Below, piece by piece: positions 58,732 through 64,000 of a stretch of DNA of 64,000 nucleotides (its first letter is position 1; every line of letters starts with the position of its first letter). The DNA is taken from NCBI RefSeq assembly GCF_032116555.1, contig NZ_CP134949.1, forward strand, positions 1,426,001 through 1,490,000, given 5' to 3'. The notes under the pieces were generated by a model. The model had not been told where the DNA came from. It did no database searches and saw nothing but the letters and a program-made list of their open reading frames with translations. Position numbers and translations under genes: made by a program. This DNA is from Halorarum halobium (lineage in GTDB: Archaea; Halobacteriota; Halobacteria; Halobacteriales; Haloferacaceae).

Positions 58732-59322
58732 ATGCTCGGGCACGGAGACGTCAGGTTCTTCGACGCCGTCGCCGCGGGGTACGACCGCGTGATGCCGGCC
58801 GCGACGCCCGAGGACCTCCGGGCCGGACTGGCGTTCGCACACCGGCCGCTCGAGCGAGTGCTCGACGTGGGCGGCGGGACCGGGCGTGCCGCACGCGCGC
58901 TCGGCGGTCGCGGGATCGACCCGATCGTCGTCGATCTCTCGGTCGGGATGCTCGCCCGTGCGCGGAACGCGGGTCACCCGGTCGTCCGCGCCGACGCGGG
59001 CGCGCTTCCGATCGGCGACGGGACCGTCGACGCGGTCGTCGTGACCGACGCGCTCCACCACTTCCCGGCCCCGGAACTCGCGCTCGCGGACTGTGTTCAC
59101 GTGCTCGCTCACGGTGGCGTCCTCCTCGTCCGGGAGTTCGATCCGACCACGCGACGGGGCCGTCTGCTGGCCGCGACCGAACACCTCGTCGGGATGGACT
59201 CACGCTTTTTCGCGTCCGAGGACCTCGCGTCGGTCCTCGAGACGCTCGGTCTCCGGAGCTACGTCGTCCATCCCGGCTTCGGCTACACGGTCGTCGGCGT
59301 AAAACCGACCGACGCAGCCTGA
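58732..59322 (+). CDS. Class I SAM-dependent methyltransferase (UbiE-like)
   Basis: VLDVGGGTG, VDLSVGML, ADAGALP, DALHH. Confidence 0.9.
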   Translation: MLGHGDVRFFDAVAAGYDRVMPAATPEDLRAGLAFAHRPLERVLDVGGGTGRAARALGGRGIDPIVVDLSVGMLARARNAGHPVVRADAGALPIGDGTVDAVVVTDALHHFPAPELALADCVHVLAHGGVLLVREFDPTTRRGRLLAATEHLVGMDSRFFASEDLASVLETLGLRSYVVHPGFGYTVVGVKPTDAA

Positions 59323-59396
59323 TCGCTCGACGAGAGGGGCGCGATCGGCCGACCGAGAACCCGGGAGATTAAGCCGGGTCGGGCGAACGCCCGGAC

Positions 59397-59819
59397 ATGG
59401 CAGTCGCCGACTTCCTCGACCGCCGGGTGGACGCGGGGGCGCTCCCGCTCGCACTCGGGGACGTGCTGGTAATCCTGGCGTTCGTCTACGCCGGGTCGAT
59501 CCGTCACCAATCGGTCTCGTTCCCGCCCGCGGGGGTCGGGGACCTGACCGCCCTGCTCGCCATCGCCGCGCCGTTCCTGCTCGGATGGGTCGTCGCCGCG
59601 CCGCTCGTCGGCGCCTACTCGGCGGGCGCGGTCGAGTCCGCGAAGGCGTCGGTCCCGCTGACGATCCGCTCGTGGGTCCCGGCGGCCGTCATCGGCCTCG
59701 CGGTCCGGGCGACCCCGTGGGTCGACGGGGGCGTCCAACTCGTCTTCGCCGTCGTGATGATCGTCGTCGGCAGCGTCTGTCTGGGCCTCTGGCGGGTCCT
59801 CGCGGCACGACTCGTCTGA
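59397..59819 (+). CDS. DUF3054-like membrane protein
   Basis: GDVL..F...G.IRH, APFLLGW, terminal WR. Confidence 0.8.
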   Translation: MAVADFLDRRVDAGALPLALGDVLVILAFVYAGSIRHQSVSFPPAGVGDLTALLAIAAPFLLGWVVAAPLVGAYSAGAVESAKASVPLTIRSWVPAAVIGLAVRATPWVDGGVQLVFAVVMIVVGSVCLGLWRVLAARLV

Positions 59820-59963
59820 GCGTCCGGGTCGACGGAACCCCGGCCACGCTCGACCGACGGAACCCACCGCAGTACGCCGACTTTCGCCCCCGTTCAGTGC
59901 GCGCTTGCCATCGAAAGCCGTCGCTTCTTCCCTCCGACTGGCGAATATTACGGGGGTGGCACC

Positions 59964-60425
59964 ATGAGTGAACGAACCGGAGACACGGAGATGGACGACG
60001 AGCGGACGGGAGAGACCGACCGCACGACCACAGGGAGCACGACGGCGGACGATCGCGGCAGGTGGATCTCGGCGATCATCGCGCTGCTGGGCGTCTGGAT
60101 GATCGTCGAGGCGGTCCTGCTCGACCTCGTCGCGGGACAGTTCTGGAACGACGTCGTCGTCGGCCTGCTGTTGCTCGCTGCCGGCGGGTACAACTACTAC
60201 AGACGGGCCGACGCGCAGATGGCCAACGTAGCCGCAGCGAGCCTCGCGGCCGTGCTCGGTCTGTGGCTCGTCGCGTCGCCGTTCGTGTTCGGCGACGCCG
60301 GAGCCGCGACCGGCTTCGCGTTCTGGAACGACGTCGTCGTCGGCCTGTTCGCGTTCATCCTGGGTGCCTACAGCGCCTACAGGGGACGTGACCGGCGACG
60401 GACCGCTCGACGGACGACGGGGTAG
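59964..60425 (+). CDS. SPW-repeat membrane protein
   Basis: Duplicated LG.W....P/FWNDVVVGL unit. Confidence 0.82.
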   Translation: MSERTGDTEMDDERTGETDRTTTGSTTADDRGRWISAIIALLGVWMIVEAVLLDLVAGQFWNDVVVGLLLLAAGGYNYYRRADAQMANVAAASLAAVLGLWLVASPFVFGDAGAATGFAFWNDVVVGLFAFILGAYSAYRGRDRRRTARRTTG

Positions 60426-60494
60426 TCGAGGAGGTCGACCCGCCACGGCCGGTCCTCGTCCCGGCGGTCGGCGAGGCCCGGCCGGTCGAGCGTC

Positions 60495-60761
60495 CTACTC
60501 CGCCGGCGTTCGGGTCACGCGCTGGCGTCGGTACGACGCCACGTGGTACTGGGTGACGAGAACGGAGTAGGCGACCACCACGGCGGAAAAACAGGCGATG
60601 ACGAGGAGCGAGCCGTCGTTGATGACGCCGTTGATCAACTGGAACAGCGCGAACAGCGGCAGGCCGAACGTGAAGATGCACGTCCGTACCGGGAACTCGC
60701 GCGCCATCCGGTAGAACAGGTCCACGTCGCCCGCGGTTTCGGTCGTCGGTACGCGGCTCAT
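60495..60761 (-). CDS. Small 2-TM hypothetical protein
   Basis: 88 aa with an ATG start and two hydrophobic segments. Confidence 0.6.
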   Translation of the reverse strand: MSRVPTTETAGDVDLFYRMAREFPVRTCIFTFGLPLFALFQLINGVINDGSLLVIACFSAVVVAYSVLVTQYHVASYRRQRVTRTPAE

Positions 60762-60859
60762 ATCGCTTCTTGTTCACTCCCTACCGAGGACAGGGATACG
60801 TGCTTCGAATCCGACCGGGATGACGGACTATCGGCCCCGTACGAGCCGGGAACCGACGC

Positions 60860-62164
60860 TCACCGACCGCGTGAGAGCCAGATGCCGACCGCGCAGGCGA
60901 CCAGCGCGAAGCAGGCGAGCACCGCGAACAGCGTCGGCGGGTTCGCGTACTCGAGGACGACGCCGGCGACGGTGCCGCCCAGCGCGCCGACGCCGAACAC
61001 GCCGAGGTAGGTGTAGCCGTACGAGAGGCCGCGCGTCCCGGCCGGGGTGTACTCCGCGACGGTCGCCTGGTAGAACGGCTGAACGACGAATAGCGCCGCG
61101 CCGAGCACGAACCCGAGCGCGAGCAGCGGGATCACGCCGGCGTTGGCCGCGGGGAGGAACAGCACCGCGAGGACGGCGAGCAGCCCGAAGCCGCCCGCGA
61201 TGCCGTGCTCGACCGGGATGCGGTCGGTGAGCTTTCCGCCGACGAACTGGCCGAGCACGCCGACCATCAGCAGGCCGGAGTAGAAGTAGTCGCCCGGGCG
61301 AACCCGGGTCGACCCGACCTGCTCGATGCCCAGCGTCTCCAGCAGGCCGCCGGGAACGACCGCAGAAACGGGGATCGGCTCGAACGTCGGGAGCCCCTGG
61401 AGGAGGTCGGGCATGAACGTGAGGATGCCCCGGTAGTAGAGTCCGGAACACATGACGACGAGGAAGACGAGCGCGAACGAGCCGGTGAACAGCTTCGCGC
61501 TCTCGGCGCGGAACTCGGCGAGCGAGTCGACTCCCGAGGACGCCTTCGAATCGCCGCCGTCGGCGGCGGGTTCGACCGCGGCGTTCTCGTCGAAGCTGGC
61601 CGTCGTCGCGTACGCCGCCGCGAGCAGCGCGGGCACGGCCAGCACCATCGCGACGGCTCGCCAGTCGAACACCAGCAGCATGACGGCGGTCAGCAGCGGG
61701 CCGAGCCCGATGCCGAGGTTCCCCGCGATGCCGTGGTAGGCGAACCCGGAGCCGCGCTCCTCGACGCCCTTGGAGATGAGCGCGAGCCCCGCCGGGTGGT
61801 AGACGGAGGCCGAGACGCCCCAGACGACCATCGCCAGCGTGATGGCGACGAGCCCGGGGGCGAGCCCGAGCAGGAGGAACGAGCCGGCCATGCCCGCGAG
61901 ACAGGCGACGATGAGCCGACGCGAGCCGACGCGGTCCACGAGGATGCCGCCGGGGAGCGCGCCGAGCCCGAACAGGCCGTAGCCGACGGTGACGAGCACG
62001 CCGAGCGTCGCGGAGGTGACCGCGAGTTCGACGGGGCCGAGGCTGATGACGTCGAACGCGTCGAGCCAGACCGGGATGAAGATGGGGATGGAGAGCTCGT
62101 AGGTGTGGACCATCCCGTGGGCCAGCATGACGAGCGCGACGATCGAGCGATCGTTTCGATTCAC
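60860..62164 (-). CDS. MFS transporter
   Basis: About 12 TM segments, GILVDRVGSRR, VYHPAG, GKLTDR; GTG start at 62164. Confidence 0.92.
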   Translation of the reverse strand: MNRNDRSIVALVMLAHGMVHTYELSIPIFIPVWLDAFDVISLGPVELAVTSATLGVLVTVGYGLFGLGALPGGILVDRVGSRRLIVACLAGMAGSFLLLGLAPGLVAITLAMVVWGVSASVYHPAGLALISKGVEERGSGFAYHGIAGNLGIGLGPLLTAVMLLVFDWRAVAMVLAVPALLAAAYATTASFDENAAVEPAADGGDSKASSGVDSLAEFRAESAKLFTGSFALVFLVVMCSGLYYRGILTFMPDLLQGLPTFEPIPVSAVVPGGLLETLGIEQVGSTRVRPGDYFYSGLLMVGVLGQFVGGKLTDRIPVEHGIAGGFGLLAVLAVLFLPAANAGVIPLLALGFVLGAALFVVQPFYQATVAEYTPAGTRGLSYGYTYLGVFGVGALGGTVAGVVLEYANPPTLFAVLACFALVACAVGIWLSRGR

Positions 62165-62328
62165 TAGTTCGGCGTGCGGGACTGGCGCACCTGTAAGCGT
62201 CGGTTGCGGCACATTGGGGTTCGAAGGTTTAGGTCCGAGCGACTCGATCCCGAGAGGTTTGCCTACCGAATCGTTCGTTATATTACGAAACCCCGAGACG
62301 ATGGTGTATCTGTCCGCAGTCACGGAGT

Positions 62329-63081
62329 ATGTCCGAAAAAATAACCGTAAGGCGGCAAACTCGAGGGACTGATCCACTCGCGGTCTCGATAGTTATTCCG
62401 ACGTACAATGAGTCCGAGACCATCGGCTCCGTCGTCAAGGGGGCTATCGCTGCTCTCTCGGGGTATTCGTTCGAGGTCCTTGTTGTCGATGACAGTAGCC
62501 CCGACCAGACGGCACAGACAGTCAGACGTGAGTTCGAGAACGACTTTCGTATCACCGTTGTCGAACGCAGTAGTAAGCAGGGCCGTGCGAGCGCGGTGGT
62601 AGAGGGGATCGAGCGCTCCGAAGCCGACATCGTTGCTGTACTCGACGGTGACGGCCAGCACCCGCCGGACGTTCTCCCCGAGCTATTCACGAATGTTAAT
62701 TCTGGCACATGTTCCGTCGCAGTTGCATCACGGTACCGGGCCGGTTCGGCAGTTCAGTGTTCACTCCCCCGGGAGGCGATCAGTCGGGCCAGTACTCGAC
62801 TGGCGAAGATGAGTTGCGAGCAACTCAGGCCGCTTTCGGATCCACTCAGCGGACTGTTCGTTGCCGATAAATCCTGTCTGTTCGACATAGAGATTTCCGG
62901 ATACGGACTGAAAATCCTCCCGGAAGTACTCGCACAGGTGGGTAGCGATGCGGTAATCGAGGTCCCCTACCGCTTCGATAGGCGAGCCGCCGGCCGAAGC
63001 ACCGTGTCACTCCGGACCGGCGTCGCGTTTCTCCATCACATACTCCGGGTCGGCCGCGGAAATTTCGGGACAGTAGAGTGA
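62329..63081 (+). CDS. GT2 glycosyltransferase (polyprenol-phosphate mannose synthase-like)
   Basis: SIVIPTYNE, VVDDSSPD.T, LDGDGQHPP, DPLSG.F, EVPY.F..R..G.S; atypical codon usage. Confidence 0.88.
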   Translation: MSEKITVRRQTRGTDPLAVSIVIPTYNESETIGSVVKGAIAALSGYSFEVLVVDDSSPDQTAQTVRREFENDFRITVVERSSKQGRASAVVEGIERSEADIVAVLDGDGQHPPDVLPELFTNVNSGTCSVAVASRYRAGSAVQCSLPREAISRASTRLAKMSCEQLRPLSDPLSGLFVADKSCLFDIEISGYGLKILPEVLAQVGSDAVIEVPYRFDRRAAGRSTVSLRTGVAFLHHILRVGRGNFGTVE

Positions 63082-63603
63082 TTATTCCGGGACCGTAATC
63101 TCCTCGTACCATTCGGAGTGTTTGCCCTGGTGATACGAGACGTAGAGAAAGACGGTAGAACCCAGGATGAGGAGGATCATCCCGCCCCCGCCGAACCACC
63201 ACCAGACGGTGTCGGATACGGACGTCGAAAGCAGCCAGGAGAACGCACCTCCAGCGGTAAATACGCTGGCGACTAACATTCCTTTGGCGTTTTTCGTCAT
63301 ATCCTTCCCCTTCTCGAACACTTCTGAGTCGTTCCGGCTCACGCCACAGGAGAACACCGTGTTCGCTACACTGAAGGTGTGAAACGAGATGGACGTACTC
63401 AGGGTCGCAAGCGTAAATGCGCCGACGACGGAGACGCTCTTGCTGTCGATCAGGAACAGCGCGGACAACGCAACCGAGGCGACAATCTGTATGCTCCCCA
63501 CCGCTACCCATGCCTCCCTTCCACGAAACGTCTCGAGCCGTGAGTAGAAGGCATCGAGTGCGTTTCCCGCACCATCTGACCTGTTAGAGCCTGAATCAGT
63601 CAC
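63082..63603 (-). CDS. Hypothetical 4-TM membrane protein, lower GC
   Basis: 173 aa, four hydrophobic segments, convergent with and abutting the GT2 gene. Confidence 0.6.
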   Translation of the reverse strand: MTDSGSNRSDGAGNALDAFYSRLETFRGREAWVAVGSIQIVASVALSALFLIDSKSVSVVGAFTLATLSTSISFHTFSVANTVFSCGVSRNDSEVFEKGKDMTKNAKGMLVASVFTAGGAFSWLLSTSVSDTVWWWFGGGGMILLILGSTVFLYVSYHQGKHSEWYEEITVPE

Positions 63604-63731
63604 GATGAGTACACCTATCGTTTCGGTCCCGAATGCGTAGCTTCATAATTTTTCCTCCCGAAACCGGGGGACTCAGTCGGCGCTTCCGAGGAACGAAACA
63701 CCTAATCCGAGCCCGTCTGTACGCAGTTGCA

Positions 63732-64000
63732 ATGAGCGCGCAGGACTGGCCACACGACCCGGACGGCGAGCAGGGTAGCGAGGGTCGACGCAAGTACGGC
63801 CACGCGGTGCTGGTGAAGAACGTCGACGAGGAGGAGGACTTCCCGCTTCGGGCCGGCGACTACGCCGAGGAGTACGGTGACTACCCGGTTCGGCTCGACG
63901 CCGACACCGTCGTCTCCGTCGAGGACATCTTCGCCGGCATCGACGACGACGAGGTGTACGACGACATCGTCGCGTTCCACAAGGCGGTCGGGGCCGCCAT
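63732..64000 (+). CDS. Conserved haloarchaeal hypothetical protein (DUF5785-like); truncated by window end
   Basis: Manual translation: MSAQDWPHDPDGEQGSEGRRKYGHAVLVKNVDEEEDFPL...FHKAVG; typical acidic composition. Confidence 0.75.
   Translation, partial: MSAQDWPHDPDGEQGSEGRRKYGHAVLVKNVDEEEDFPLRAGDYAEEYGDYPVRLDADTVVSVEDIFAGIDDDEVYDDIVAFHKAVGAA

Overview
GC-rich (roughly 70% by eye) core-chromosome window of a halophilic archaeon (Halobacteria), judged from the acidic proteins, archaeal gene content and mostly leaderless starts. It carries a lactate-utilisation cluster (FAD/Fe-S oxidoreductase, LutC, LutB), a PRC-barrel cell-division protein, an RCK-DHH phosphoesterase, nop5-fibrillarin, gshA, coaD, dacZ-mscS and purD. 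It also holds the tRNA-Ser/S13-S4-S11-RpoD/tRNA-Leu/L18e-L13-S9-RpoN-RpoK-eno-S2 superoperon followed by mvk-ipk, then Lhr and Dna2-like helicases, a prkA-prkA-yeaH-spoVR operon, fen1, five tRNA genes and a small lower-GC glycosyltransferase islet near the right end. No transposase, integrase or CRISPR array was seen. The most unusual signal is a conserved ~115-120 bp element directly behind three different tRNA genes (Lys, Leu-TAG, Glu). Each copy has shared REP-like hairpins, but its two arms are an inverted and a direct copy of the 3' end of the adjacent tRNA. Secondary signals are hairpin-forming in-frame insertions in housekeeping genes, a stand-alone Lant_dehydr_C-like protein, a DHH-to-DHE variant phosphoesterase near the c-di-AMP cyclase, and an unannotated 50-aa zinc-finger protein. 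Family assignments come from motif recognition only; no database searches were run.
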